Source of the DNA: an uncultured Acidobacteriota bacterium
GTDB lineage: Bacteria > Acidobacteriota > Vicinamibacteria > Vicinamibacterales > UBA2999
Length of the DNA stretch: 64,000 nucleotides
Direction of reading: 5' to 3'
Assembly (NCBI GenBank): GCA_963834325.1
Contig: CAWIBL010000012.1
Span: 2,501,612-2,565,611 of the forward strand
Shown here: positions 29,116-39,200 of the stretch, piece after piece
Layout of the letters: each line of letters starts with the position of its first letter
How positions within the stretch are numbered: position 1 is the first letter of the stretch
Notes under the pieces: model-generated
Told to the model about the DNA's origin: nothing
Database searches by the model: none
Seen by the model: the letters and a program-made list of their open reading frames with translations, nothing else
Translations under genes and position numbers: made by a program

Positions 29116-31074
29116 TCAGTGATGCGCGCCAGCCGGCGAGCTGGCGCGGTAGTCGGCGGCGGCGGGCTGTTCCCCGCGCGCGTAGACTTCGTATTCGTTC
29201 TTGAACAGTTTCAGGGTGGTGAGCACCGGCGTGGCGGCCGCGTCGCCGAAGGCGCACAGCGTCTTGCCGTTGATCTGGTTGGCGACGCTCTCGAGCAGCG
29301 CGATGTCGCGAGTCGAGCCTTCCCCGCCGAGCATGCGGTGGAGCAGGCGGTAGAGCCAGTCGGTGCCCTCGCGGCACGGCGTGCACTTGCCGCACGACTC
29401 GTGACGGTAGAAGTGCAGCAGGTTCTCGGCCAGCCACACCATGTCGACCGTGTCGTCGAGCACCATGATGGCGGCCGAGCCGAGCAGCGAGCCGGCCTGC
29501 TGCACGTCGTCGAAGCTGGCCGGGATGTCGATCTGATCGGGCAGCAGGATCGGCACCGACGAGCCGCCGGGGATCACCGCCTTCATCGTGTGCCCGTCGC
29601 GCATGCCGCCGGCGTAGTCGTCGATGAGCTCGCGCAGCGACACCTTCATCGGCGCCTCGAACACGCCCGGGCGCTTGACCTGGCCGCTCACGCAGAACAG
29701 CTTCGGCCCGCCGTTCTTGTCGGGCCCGAGGGCCGCGAACCACTCCGGGCCGCGGGTCAGGACCAGCGGCGCGTTGCACAGCGTCTCGACGTTGTTCACC
29801 GCGGTCGGGCAGTTCCACAAGCCGGCCACGGCCGGGAAGGGCGGCTTGAAACGCGGCTGCGCGCGCTTGCCTTCGAGCGAGTCGAGCAGCGCGGTTTCCT
29901 CGCCGGCCTCGTAGGCGCCGGCGCCGCGGTGCAGGTAGACCTCGCAGTCCCAGCCGCTGCCCAGGATGTTCGTGCCGACGAAGCCGGCCGCGCGGGCGTC
30001 GTCGATGGCCTGCTGCAACGGCGCGAAGAGGTGTTGGAACTCGCCGCGGATGTAGATGTAGGCGGCGTGCGAGCCGATGGCGTGGCAGCCGATGAGGCAC
30101 CCTTCGACCAGCAGGTGCGGGTTGCGCTCCATCAGCAGGTGGTCCTTGAAGGTGCCCGGCTCGCTCTCGTCGGCGTTGCAGACGATGTACTTCGGTTTGG
30201 GCGACTTCTTGTCGACGAACTGCCACTTGAGGCCGGTCGGGAAGCCGGCGCCGCCGCGGCCGCGCAGGCCCGAGGCCTTGACCGTCTCGATGACCTGGTC
30301 GGGGGTCATGGTCAGGGCCTTCTTCAGCCCGTCGTAGCCCTGCTGGTGCTTCAGGTAGTGGTCGAGGGTGTTGCCGCCGGGCGTGAACGCGTACTTCGTG
30401 AGCACCGGCTCATAGCCGTTGACCGAGGCCGGCTGCACCGGCACGGTGGTCTTGCCGGCCGCGTCGGTGCGCCGCTCGACGTCGAGGTGACAGCCGCTGA
30501 GCGCCTTCAGGCCGTCGGTGCGCAGGCCGTCGATGAAGGCCGGGACGTCGTCGGGCTGCAGACACTCGTGCCAGTGCTCGTTGTTGACCATCACGACCGG
30601 CGCCTTGTCGCACGCGCCCAGGCATTCCATCGGCTGGATGGTGAAGAGGCCCGACGGGTCGATGGCTCCGGCGGCTACGCCGAGCACCTGCTCGAGACGC
30701 TCGACCACGCGCTCGGCGCCGGCCAGCGCGCACGACAGCGTCGTGCACACCTGCAGGACGTACTTGCCGGTCGGGGCGCGGTGGAACATCACGTAGTAGC
30801 TGACCACGTCCTCGACGTCGGCCGTGGTGATGCCGACGACTTCGGCCACGTGCCGGGCGGCGTTGTTGCTGATGTAGCCCTGCTGGTCCTGCGCCAGGTA
30901 GAGCGCGTAGAGCACCGACGAGCGCCGGTGCTCGGGCGGATACTTCGCGGCCAGGCGTTCGAACTCGGCGCGGCGCTCCGGCGTGAAGGCGAACTCGGGA
31001 CCCTCGGGCAGCGTCTTGCGCTCCGAGCGGTGCAGCCGCTCGGTGCCGTACGGCATCGCGGGATGAAAACTCAT
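29116..31074 (-). CDS. nuoEF: Fused NADH-quinone oxidoreductase subunits E and F (NuoE-NuoF) in a single ORF
   Basis: ATG 31074 overlaps the nuoD stop (ATGA). The NuoE part has ...VCTTLSCALAGA...MECLGACDKAPVVMVN.... An in-frame linker of about 35 aa follows. The NuoF part has GLRGRGGAGFPTGLKW, ...CNADESEPGTFKD... and ESCGKCTPCREG. The track ORF start at 32082 adds an out-of-frame antisense extension over nuoD. Confidence 0.85.
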   Translation of the reverse strand: MSFHPAMPYGTERLHRSERKTLPEGPEFAFTPERRAEFERLAAKYPPEHRRSSVLYALYLAQDQQGYISNNAARHVAEVVGITTADVEDVVSYYVMFHRAPTGKYVLQVCTTLSCALAGAERVVERLEQVLGVAAGAIDPSGLFTIQPMECLGACDKAPVVMVNNEHWHECLQPDDVPAFIDGLRTDGLKALSGCHLDVERRTDAAGKTTVPVQPASVNGYEPVLTKYAFTPGGNTLDHYLKHQQGYDGLKKALTMTPDQVIETVKASGLRGRGGAGFPTGLKWQFVDKKSPKPKYIVCNADESEPGTFKDHLLMERNPHLLVEGCLIGCHAIGSHAAYIYIRGEFQHLFAPLQQAIDDARAAGFVGTNILGSGWDCEVYLHRGAGAYEAGEETALLDSLEGKRAQPRFKPPFPAVAGLWNCPTAVNNVETLCNAPLVLTRGPEWFAALGPDKNGGPKLFCVSGQVKRPGVFEAPMKVSLRELIDDYAGGMRDGHTMKAVIPGGSSVPILLPDQIDIPASFDDVQQAGSLLGSAAIMVLDDTVDMVWLAENLLHFYRHESCGKCTPCREGTDWLYRLLHRMLGGEGSTRDIALLESVANQINGKTLCAFGDAAATPVLTTLKLFKNEYEVYARGEQPAAADYRASSPAGAHH

Positions 31075-32252
31075 CGATCCACGTCTCCCATCACCACGTC
31101 GAGCGAGCCGATCACGGCCACGACGTCGGCGATCATCCCGCCGACGACGAACTTGTGCAGCGCCTGGCTGGCCATCAGGCCGGGCGAGCGCATGTGCACG
31201 CGCCACGGCCGGTTGGAGCCGTCCGAGACCACGTAGCAGCCGTGCTCGCCGCGCGGCCCCTCGATCGGCACGTAGGCGTCGCCGGCCGGCACGTTGAAGC
31301 CCTGCGAGTAGATCAGGAAGTGCTGAATCAGCGCTTCCATCTCGGTGTAGACCTCGTCCTTGGGCGGCGGCGCGATCTTCCGATCGGCCACCTGCCAGTC
31401 GCCCACCGGCTCGATGCGCTCGAGCGCCTGGCGGCAGATCTTGACGCTCTCGCGCATCTCGGCGACGCGCGTGATGTAGCGGTCGTAGACGTCGCCGTTG
31501 CTGGCGCCGATGACGTCGAACTGGTAGGTCTCGTAGCCCGAATAGGGGAAGGCCCGGCGCACGTCGTAGTCGCCGCCGGCGGCGCGCGCGATCGGGCCGT
31601 AGAGCCCCCACTGGTAGCAGTCGGCCAGCGAGATGATGCCGACGCCGCGCGTCCGATCGAGCCAGATCGGGTTCTTCGTGAGCATCGTCTCGTATTCGTC
31701 GAGCTTGCCCGGGAAGCGGTCGAGGAACTCGGTGACCGCCTGCTTGAAGCCGCGCGGCAGGTCTTCGCGCAGGCCGCCGACGCGGATGTAGCTCGGGAAG
31801 AAGCGGAACCCGGCCAGCATCTCGTTCAGGTTCATCAGGATCTCGCGCTCGCGGAAGGCGTAGAGCATGACCGTGATGGCGCCGATCTCCATGCCGTGGG
31901 TGCCGAACCACACGAGATGGCTGCTCAGGCGCTGCAGCTCGGCGATGAGCACGCGGATGTCCTTGACCCGCTGCGGCACCTCGATGCCGAGCAGCTTCTC
32001 CACCGTGAGGCAGTAGGCCAGGCTGTTGGACTGCGCGCCCAGGTAGTCCATGCGCTCGACGAGCGGGATGACCTGCTGCCACTTCTTCTGCTCGGCGGTC
32101 TTCTCGATGCCGGTGTGCAGGAAGCCGATCGTCGGGGACACGGAGACGACCGTCTCGCCGTCGAGCTCGAGCACGAGCCGCAGCACGCCGTGCGTGCTGG
32201 GGTGCTGGGGCCCCATGTTGACGGTCATCGTTTCGGTGCGTACTTCAGCCAT
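31071..32252 (-). CDS. nuoD: NADH-quinone oxidoreductase subunit D
   Basis: Intact 393-aa ORF ...NMGPQHPSTHGVLRLVLELDGE.... Confidence 0.95.
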   Translation of the reverse strand: MAEVRTETMTVNMGPQHPSTHGVLRLVLELDGETVVSVSPTIGFLHTGIEKTAEQKKWQQVIPLVERMDYLGAQSNSLAYCLTVEKLLGIEVPQRVKDIRVLIAELQRLSSHLVWFGTHGMEIGAITVMLYAFREREILMNLNEMLAGFRFFPSYIRVGGLREDLPRGFKQAVTEFLDRFPGKLDEYETMLTKNPIWLDRTRGVGIISLADCYQWGLYGPIARAAGGDYDVRRAFPYSGYETYQFDVIGASNGDVYDRYITRVAEMRESVKICRQALERIEPVGDWQVADRKIAPPPKDEVYTEMEALIQHFLIYSQGFNVPAGDAYVPIEGPRGEHGCYVVSDGSNRPWRVHMRSPGLMASQALHKFVVGGMIADVVAVIGSLDVVMGDVDR

Positions 32253-32254
32253 CC

Positions 32255-32849
32255 TCAGCCTTCCACTTCCCGGTCGACGATGGCGCAGAGCAGGTGCAGC
32301 ACCGTCGTGTGCGCTTCCTGCACCCGCGCCGTCACCGTCTCCGGAACGTTCACGTGCACCTCGGCGCTGCGGCCCGCCGCCCCGCCGTCGTTCCCCGTGA
32401 GCGCGATGGTCCGCAGCCCCCGGGCCTTCGCCGCTTCAATCCCCCGCACCACGTTCGGCGAGGTCGCCGCTCGTCGTGATCCCCACCGCCACGTCACCGG
32501 CCCGCCCCAGCGCCTCGATCTGCCGCGCGAACACCGTCTCGAACCCGAAGTCGTTGGCCACCGACGTGAGCACGCTGGCGTCGGTCGTGAGCGCCACCGC
32601 CGGCCAGCCGCGCCGCTCGCGGACGAACCGCCCGACCAGTTCCGCCGCGAAGTGCTGCGCGTCGGCGGCGCTGCCGCCGTTGCCGAACACCAGCACCTGA
32701 CCGCCGCTGGCCAGCGCGCTGACGAGCACGTCGCCCGCCGCCACGATGGCCGCCGCGGCGGGCCCATCGGCCAGCGCGTCGTGGCAGCGGGCGGCCGCCT
32801 TCAACGTCGCGACCACCAGCGCCCGTCGCGCCGACTCCGGCTCCTGCAT
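32255..32849 (-). pseudogene. gmhA: SIS-domain phosphoheptose isomerase (GmhA/DiaA-like) embedded in the nuo cluster; one frame break
   Basis: ...[24 protein letters not shown]...[43 protein letters not shown] (ORF 32436..32849) continues as [28 protein letters not shown]...TARVQEAHTTVLHLLC (ORF 32255..32767). The jump is at about 32465. It lies 4 nt after the nuoC stop and 2 nt before the nuoD ATG. Confidence 0.8.
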
Positions 32850-32853
32850 GTCG

Positions 32854-33414
32854 TTACTTCGGACGCGTTCGCGAGTAGCGATCGCGCTCCATGTTCGCCC
32901 GGAACTCCTCTGCGGTGACCTGCAGCGGCATGTAGGTCTGGGCGTCCTTGCGCACCTGCACCGGGTAGTCCTTCCGCAGCGGGTGCCCTTCCCAGTCCTC
33001 GGTCATCATCAGCCGGCGCAGATCGGCGTGGCCGTCGAACACGATGCCGAACAGGTCGTAGATCTCGCGTTCGCACCACCCGGCCCCGGCCCACACCGGC
33101 GTCACCGTGGCGATGGGCTGGTCGAGGCCGAGCTGCACCTTGAGGCGCACGCGGGCCCGGCGGTGCGGCGACACCACGTGATAGACCACGTCGAACCGCG
33201 GCGTGCGGCGCGGGTGGTGATCGACGGCGGTGACGTTCGAGAAGGCGTGGAACTCGAGGCCGGGCGTGTCGCGCAGCGCGACACACACGGGCACGATGTG
33301 CGCGGCCGACACCCACAGGGCCGGCGTGTAGTCCACGTCGGCGCCCGGGCTCGGCGCCATTTCGGCGCCGGGCACGAGCGGGGTCAGGAGGTCGATGATC
33401 GCCTGGGCGTCCAT
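32854..33414 (-). CDS. nuoC: NADH-quinone oxidoreductase subunit C
   Basis: Intact 186-aa ORF with ...[39 protein letters not shown].... Confidence 0.9.
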   Translation of the reverse strand: MDAQAIIDLLTPLVPGAEMAPSPGADVDYTPALWVSAAHIVPVCVALRDTPGLEFHAFSNVTAVDHHPRRTPRFDVVYHVVSPHRRARVRLKVQLGLDQPIATVTPVWAGAGWCEREIYDLFGIVFDGHADLRRLMMTEDWEGHPLRKDYPVQVRKDAQTYMPLQVTAEEFRANMERDRYSRTRPK

Positions 33415-33418
33415 GCGG

Positions 33419-33895
33419 CTACGCCCTGAGCCTGGTGGCGTCGATCTTCTTCTGCAGCTGCACGATGCCGTAGATGACCGACTCGGGCCGCGGCGGGCAG
33501 CCGGGGATGTAGACGTCGATCGGCACGACCTGGTCGGAACCCTGCACGATCGAGTAGTTGTCGAAGACGCCGCCGCACGACGCGCAGGCGCCCATCGAGA
33601 TGACCCACTTGGGCTCGGGCATCTGGTCGTAGATGCGGCGCAGCGCCGGCGCCATCTTGCGCGACAGACGGCCGGCGATGATCATCAGGTCCGACTGGCG
33701 CGGCGAGCCGCGGAAGACCTCGGCGCCGAAACGCGCGATGTCGTAACGGCTGCAGCTCATCGCCATCATCTCGATGGCGCAGCAGGCCAGGCCGAACGTG
33801 ACCGGCCAGATCGCCGAGCGGCGGCCCCACTGCACGATCTTCTCGAGCGTGGTCGTCAGGACCGGAATTTCCGGAAGATCAGTCTCGAGTCCCAT
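33419..33895 (-). CDS. nuoB: NADH-quinone oxidoreductase subunit B
   Basis: Intact 158-aa ORF with ...[11 protein letters not shown]...[13 protein letters not shown]...PGCPPRPE.... Confidence 0.95.
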   Translation of the reverse strand: MGLETDLPEIPVLTTTLEKIVQWGRRSAIWPVTFGLACCAIEMMAMSCSRYDIARFGAEVFRGSPRQSDLMIIAGRLSRKMAPALRRIYDQMPEPKWVISMGACASCGGVFDNYSIVQGSDQVVPIDVYIPGCPPRPESVIYGIVQLQKKIDATRLRA

Positions 33896-34313
33896 AGCTG
33901 TATCTCTTCACCACCGCCGGGCCCACTTTGTGCGGCCGCACGTAATCGGGATCGCTTTCCGGGCCCCAGTCGAGGACGCCCTTGCGCCAGACGTAGATGA
34001 ACGCCACGGCAAGAATCATGAAGAACACGAGGATCTGTATCAGGCCCGGCCACCCGAGATCGCGCAGCGCCATGGCCCAGGGGCCGAGGAAGGCCACTTC
34101 GATGTCGAAGAGCAGGAAGATCATCGCGATCAGGTAGAACTTGACCGACTGGCGCTCGCGGGCATCGCCCACCGGGGGCATGCCGCACTCGTAGGGTGCT
34201 TCTTTTTCAGGTGTAGGATGCCGCGGGCCGAGGAAATAGGAGAGGATGACCGACACCACCCCGAATCCCAGCCCCACCGCGACCATGATGGCGATGCCAC
34301 CCCAGCCTTCCAT
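33879..34313 (-). CDS. nuoA: NADH-quinone oxidoreductase subunit A
   Basis: Intact 144-aa ORF with ...[41 protein letters not shown].... It overlaps nuoB by 17 nt. Confidence 0.9.
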   Translation of the reverse strand: MEGWGGIAIMVAVGLGFGVVSVILSYFLGPRHPTPEKEAPYECGMPPVGDARERQSVKFYLIAMIFLLFDIEVAFLGPWAMALRDLGWPGLIQILVFFMILAVAFIYVWRKGVLDWGPESDPDYVRPHKVGPAVVKRYSYGTRD

Positions 34314-34384
34314 GATTTTTCCTGTCCGTCAGACGTGCGCGCGCCAAGTCGCTGCTTGTGAAGTATTTCGCAAGAGCCGCGTAG

Positions 34385-34414
34385 ATGTTAGGCAATTCAG
34401 CGGCGTGCAGTCAA
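34385..34414 (-). promoter_or_regulatory. Candidate nuo promoter (TTGACT-N18-TAACAT on the minus strand)
   Basis: The complement of 34409-34414 is TTGACT and the complement of 34385-34390 is TAACAT. It lies about 70 nt upstream of the nuoA ATG in the divergent intergenic region. Confidence 0.35.
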
Positions 34415-34448
34415 ACGCCCCACATACGATTACTGGTGTGACGCCGCC

Positions 34449-35827
34449 ATGACGGTCCCATCCGTGGTCCACACCGCAACCGGCCTGCGCGTGGCCTGGT
34501 TCAGTCCCATGCCGCCGTCGCGGTCGGGCATCGCCGCCTATTCCGATGAGCTGCTGCCGCTGCTGCGCGCCCGCGGCGTCGACATCGACGTTTACGCCGA
34601 ACCGCCGCGCGGCACGCCGCCTGGCGGCCTGACGGCGCGCGATTTCGTGTGGACGGCGCGGCGCCGGCCCTACGACCTCACCGTCTACCAGCTCGGCAAC
34701 GCGGCCTGCCACGACTACATGTGGGGTTATCTGTTCCGCTACCCGGGCCTGGTCGTGCTCCACGACGCGCAGGTGCATCAGGCGCGAGCCCAGGGCCTGC
34801 TCAACCGTTACCGGCCCCGCCGCGACGACTACCTGGCGGAATTTGCGGCCAGCCATCCGGCGGCCCCGCCGGATCTCGGCCCTGCTCGTGGCCGAGGGGC
34901 TCGGCGGCAGCCTGTTCGCGCACTGGCCGCACATCCGGCTGGTGCTGCAGGCGGCTCGCCTCACCGCGGTCCACAGCGCCGCCCTCGCCGCGCAGTTGCG
35001 GGCAGACTACGACGACCGAGGTGGAGGCGGTGCCGATGGGTGTCGCCGATCCGCTGGCCGCCGTGCGCGCCACCACCGCCGGCCGCCCTGCGCCGCCGTT
35101 ACGCGCTGCCCGACGACGCCCTGATCGTGGCCGCCTTCGGCGGCGTCACGCCCGAGAAGCGCCTGCCCGAGCTCATCGAGGCAATGGCAGCGCTGACCGC
35201 CGAACATCCGCGCCTGCACCTGCTCGTCGTCGGCGCGCCGTGGCGCACTACGACGTCATGGCCGACGCCGCCGCGCGCGGCCTCGCCGAACGGGTGCGGG
35301 TGACCGGCTTCGTGCCCGATGCCGAGCTGCCCGCGCATCTGGCCCTGGCCGACATCTGCGCCTGCCTGCGCTGGCCGAGCAACGGCGAGACCTCGGCCTC
35401 GTGGCTGCGGGCCATCGCGGCCGGGCGGGCCACCATCGTCACCGACCTCGGTCATCAGCCGGAGCTGCCGGTGGTCGACGCGCGCAACTCGCAGCCGCTC
35501 GGCCCGGCCGGCGAGACGCCGATAGCCCTGGCCGTGGCCATCCTCGACGAGAAGCACGCGTTGAAGAGCGCCCTCGACACGCTGGCGCGGAGCCCGGAAC
35601 GACGGGCGCGGCTCGGCGAGGCGGCGCGGCGCTACTGGCAGGCGCACCACACCCTCGACCATATGGCGGATGGGTATGAGCGGGTGTTGAGGCGGGCGGC
35701 GGAACGCGCGGCGCCGGCAGTGGCCCTGCCGGCCCATCTGGCGGCCGACGTCGACGAGCGGCTGGCGGCGTTGCTGGCGCCGTTCGGGCTCGCGGCTCCG
35801 GCGGTGGTCAGCGGCGATCGGCGCTGA
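34449..35827 (+). pseudogene. Group-1 (GT1/GT4-like) glycosyltransferase; four frame breaks
   Basis: The sequence moves through all three frames: MTVPSVVHTATGLRVAWFSPMPPSRSGIAAYSDELL...SHPAAPPD; then SALLVAEGLGGSLFAHWPHIRLVLQAARLTAVHSAALAAQLRADYD; then TEVEAVPMGVADPLAAVRA; then ALRRRYALPDDALIVAAFGGVTPEKRLPELIEAMAAL...LLVVG; then VAHYDVMADAAARGLAERVRVTGFVPDAEL...*. The jumps are at about 34870, 35017, 35085 and 35240. Confidence 0.75.
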
Positions 35828-35895
35828 CGCGCGCGAGCGCGCGGCACGACGCGGGACCGGCGTGCGGTGACGCCGGCCGGCGTCGCAGAGGCTGG

Positions 35896-36153
35896 CTAGG
35901 CCAGTTCCTTCATCCGGCGGTCGAGCTCGGCGACGGCGAGGCCGATTTGCTCGCGGCGCGCCGGGTGAGTCGTGAGTTCGAGCTGTCGCGACATTTCGAT
36001 CGAGGCCAGGCGGCAGGACTCCAGCTCCCGTACTTTGACGGGATCCTTGGTCGGGCCGAGCTTGCGTGCGGCCTTGCGCTCTTGTTCGAGCTCTTCCATC
36101 CGCTCCTGAATTCGGAGATCGGCGTCAATCAAACCTTCAGCAGCGTCACCCAT
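35896..36153 (-). CDS. Hypothetical small coiled-coil protein
   Basis: ATG 36153 is preceded by GGGAGGAAC. The 85-aa product is MGDAAEGLIDADLRIQERMEELEQERKAARKL...AVAELDRRMKELA. The track ORF start at 36387 looks like an upstream extension. Confidence 0.5.
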   Translation of the reverse strand: MGDAAEGLIDADLRIQERMEELEQERKAARKLGPTKDPVKVRELESCRLASIEMSRQLELTTHPARREQIGLAVAELDRRMKELA

Positions 36154-36224
36154 GAGTTTGGTCGTTCCTCCCGGCGATCCGCGCCAACCGTCACATCCGG
36201 TGCTGGCACGAACATCCGAGCCAT

Positions 36225-36230
36225 TATAGC
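36225..36230 (+). promoter_or_regulatory. Candidate -10 box TATAGC just upstream of the lhr start (possible leaderless mRNA)
   Basis: In cattatagcgggtgATG the hexamer ends 5 nt before ATG 36236. No SD is seen. Confidence 0.25.
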
Positions 36231-36232
36231 GG

Positions 36233-39200
36233 GTGATGGCCTCGTCCGTGCTGCGTCTCTTCCACCCTCCGGTCGCGGCGTGGTTCGCCTCCGCATTCGA
36301 GCAGCCGACTCGGCCGCAGCGCCAGGGCTGGCCGGCGATTGCGCGCGGCGAGTCCACGCTGATCCTCGCGCCGACCGGCACCGGCAAGACGCTCAGCGCG
36401 TTCCTGTGGTGCCTCGATCGGCTGATGTTCTCGCCCGAGCCGGCGCGGGACGCGCGCTGCCGCGTGCTCTACCTCTCGCCGCTCAAGGCGCTGGCCGTCG
36501 ACGTCGAGCGCAACCTGCGCGCGCCGCTCGCCGGCATCGCGCACGTGGCCACGGCCGCCGGCACGCCGTTCCACACGCCGTCGCTGTCGATCCGCACCGG
36601 CGACACGCCGGCCAACGAACGCGCGCGCTTCCAGCGCGATCCCGCCGACATCCTGATCACCACGCCGGAGTCGCTGTTCCTGCTGCTCACGTCGAACGCG
36701 CGCGAGCGGCTGCGCTCGGTCGAGACGGTGATCGTCGACGAGATCCACGCGCTCGTCTCGACCAAGCGCGGCGCGCACCTGGCCCTCTCGCTCGAGCGGC
36801 TGGCCCGCCTCACCGGCCGGCCGCTGCAGCGCATCGGCCTGTCGGCCACGCAGCGCCACCTCGACGAGATCGCGCGCTTCCTCGGCGGCACGGCGGCCCC
36901 GGCGCCCCGCCGCCGCGGCAAGACCGGCCGGGCCGTCGCCCCGGCGGCGTCGGTGCATGCCGAGTTCGCGCTCGAATCGGCGCGCCGCGCCGCGCGCGGT
37001 GACGATCGTCGACGCGCGCGAGCCCAAGCGCTTGGCGCTCACCGTCGACGTGCCGATCGCCGACATGGCCAAGATCGGCCAGCCGGTCGAGCAGCCGAGC
37101 GGCCCGGCCGTCGCAGACCACGCCGGCGCAGACCATCTGGACGTCGATCCATCCCGCGCCTGCTCGAGCTCGTGCAGGCGCACCGCTCGACGCTGATCTT
37201 CGTGAACAGCCGGCGCCTGGCCGAGCGCCTGGCCGGCGCGCTCAACGAGCTGGCCGGCGAGCCGCTGGTGCGCGCGCATCACGGCTCGCTCGCCCGCGCG
37301 CAGCGCACCGAGATCGAGGACCTGCTGAAGGCCGGGCGCCTGCGCGCGCTCGTCGCCACGTCGTCGCTCGAGCTGGGCATCGACATGGGCGCCATCGATC
37401 TGGTCGTGCAGATCGAGGCGCCGCCGTCGGTGGCGAGCGGCCTGCAGCGCATCGGCCGCGCCGGGCACCGCGTCGACGAGGTGAGCGAGGGCATCATCTT
37501 CCCCAAGTACCGCGGCGACCTGCTGGCGGCCGCCGCCGTCACCGGCGCGATGACGCAGGGCCTGGTCGAGCCGTCGCGCTATCCGCGCAACCCGCTCGAC
37601 GTGCTGGCGCAGCAGATCGTGGCGATGACGGCGATGGACCACTGGTCGGTCGACGACCTCTACGCCACGGTGCGCGGCGCGGCGCCGTTTGCCGAGCTCT
37701 GCGCGCCGGGTCTTCGACGGCGTGCTCGACATGCTCTCGGGCCGCTATCCCGTCGGACGAGTTCGCCGAGCTGCGCCCGCGCGTCACCTGGGACCGCGTG
37801 AACGGCACCATCGCCGCCCGCGAGGGCGCCAAGCGGGTGGCCATCGCCAACGCCGGCACGATCCCCGATCGCGGGCTCTACGGCGTGTTCCTGGCCGACG
37901 GCGGCAAGGGCGGCGCCCGCGTCGGCGAGCTCGACGAAGAGATGGTGTTCGAGGCGCGCGCCGGCGAGATCTTTCTGCTCGGCGCCTCGTCGTGGCGCAT
38001 CGAGAAGATCACCCACGACCGCGTGCTCGTCTCGCCCGCGCCGGGCGAGCCCGGCAAGATGCCGTTCTGGAAGGGCGAGGGGCCGGGCCGCCCGATCGAG
38101 CTGGGCCGGGCCATCGGCAAGCTGACGCGCGAACTGCGCACGCGCCCCGGCCGACGAGGCCGTCGACGCGGCTCGGCGCCGGCCACGGCCTGACCCGCGG
38201 CGCCGCCGAGAACCTGCTGCAGTATCTGGACGACCAGCAGCGCGCCGCCGGCGTCGTGCCCGACGACCGCACGATCCTCATCGAGCGCTCCATCGACGAC
38301 ATCGGCGACTGGCGACTGTCGGTGCTGTCGCCCTTCGGCAGCCGCGTCCACGCGCCCTGGGCCATGGCCGTCACGGCGCATGCTGCGCCACGAGCGCGGC
38401 CTCGACGCCGAGGTGATGTGGACCGACGACGGCTTCGTGGTGCGCATGCCCGAGAGCGACACGCCGCTCGACGACGGCGCTGCTCCTGCCCGATCCCGAC
38501 GACGTCGAGCGGCTGGTCGTGGCCCAGCTCGGCTCCACGGCGATGTTCGCGGCGCGCTTCCGCGAGGCCGCCGGCCGCGCCCTGCTCCTGCCGCGCCGCC
38601 GGCCGGGGGCCCGCGCGCCGCTGTGGCAGCAGCGCAAGCGCGCCGCGGATCTGCTGGCCGTGGCGGCGCGCTTCGGGTCCTTCCCGATCATCCTCGAGAC
38701 CTACCGCGAGTGCCTGCGCGACGTCTTCGACCTGCCGGCGCTGTCGACCTGCTGACCCAGATCCGCAGCCGCGCCGTGCGCGTGCAGACCGTGGACACGC
38801 GCACGTCGTCGCCCTTCGCCGCGTCGCTGCTCTTCGGCTACGTCGCCAACTACCTCTACGACGGCGACGCGCCGCTGGCCGAGCGGCGCGCCCACGCCCT
38901 GTCGGTCGATCAGTCGCAGCTGGCCGAGCTGATCGGCGAGGGCGAGCTGCGCGCGCTGCTCGATCCCGAGGCCCTGGCCGCCATCGAGCGCGACGTGCAG
39001 CACCTGCCCGAGAAGTACCACGCGCGCTCGACCGACGCCGTGCACGATCTGCTGCTGCGCCTCGGCGACCTCAGCCCCGAGGAGATCGCCGCGCGGTCGC
39101 TGCCGGGGGTGGCCGAGGCGGCGATTCCCGCGCTCGTCGCCACCCGCCGGGCCTTGCCGCTGCGCATCGGCGGCACGCAACGCCTGGTCGCGGTCGAGGA

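Noticed and set aside
19958-30226. Other long ORFs opposite or out of frame to nuo and selA: 19958..21958(-), 21445..22686(-), 22266..24158(+), 24954..25946(-), 27983..30226(-) and 29119..31236(+)
   Set aside because: All overlap genes with strong family motifs in another frame or strand. They have Arg/Gly/His/Asp-rich, motif-free translations.
30400-30540. The NuoE-NuoF fusion as just another indel artefact
   Set aside because: The linker is open only in the fusion frame, because the other two frames hit TGA. It also has coding-type third positions (42 of 44 are G or C). Only read-level data can settle this, so I kept it as a finding.
29116-32082. 988-aa version of the nuoEF ORF with a 336-aa N-terminal extension
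   Set aside because: The extension is out of frame over nuoD, which is an intact 393-aa ORF with the canonical MGPQHPSTHGVLRL motif. It reads as Arg/Pro-rich nonsense. The ATG at 31074, overlapping the nuoD stop (ATGA), starts recognisable NuoE sequence.
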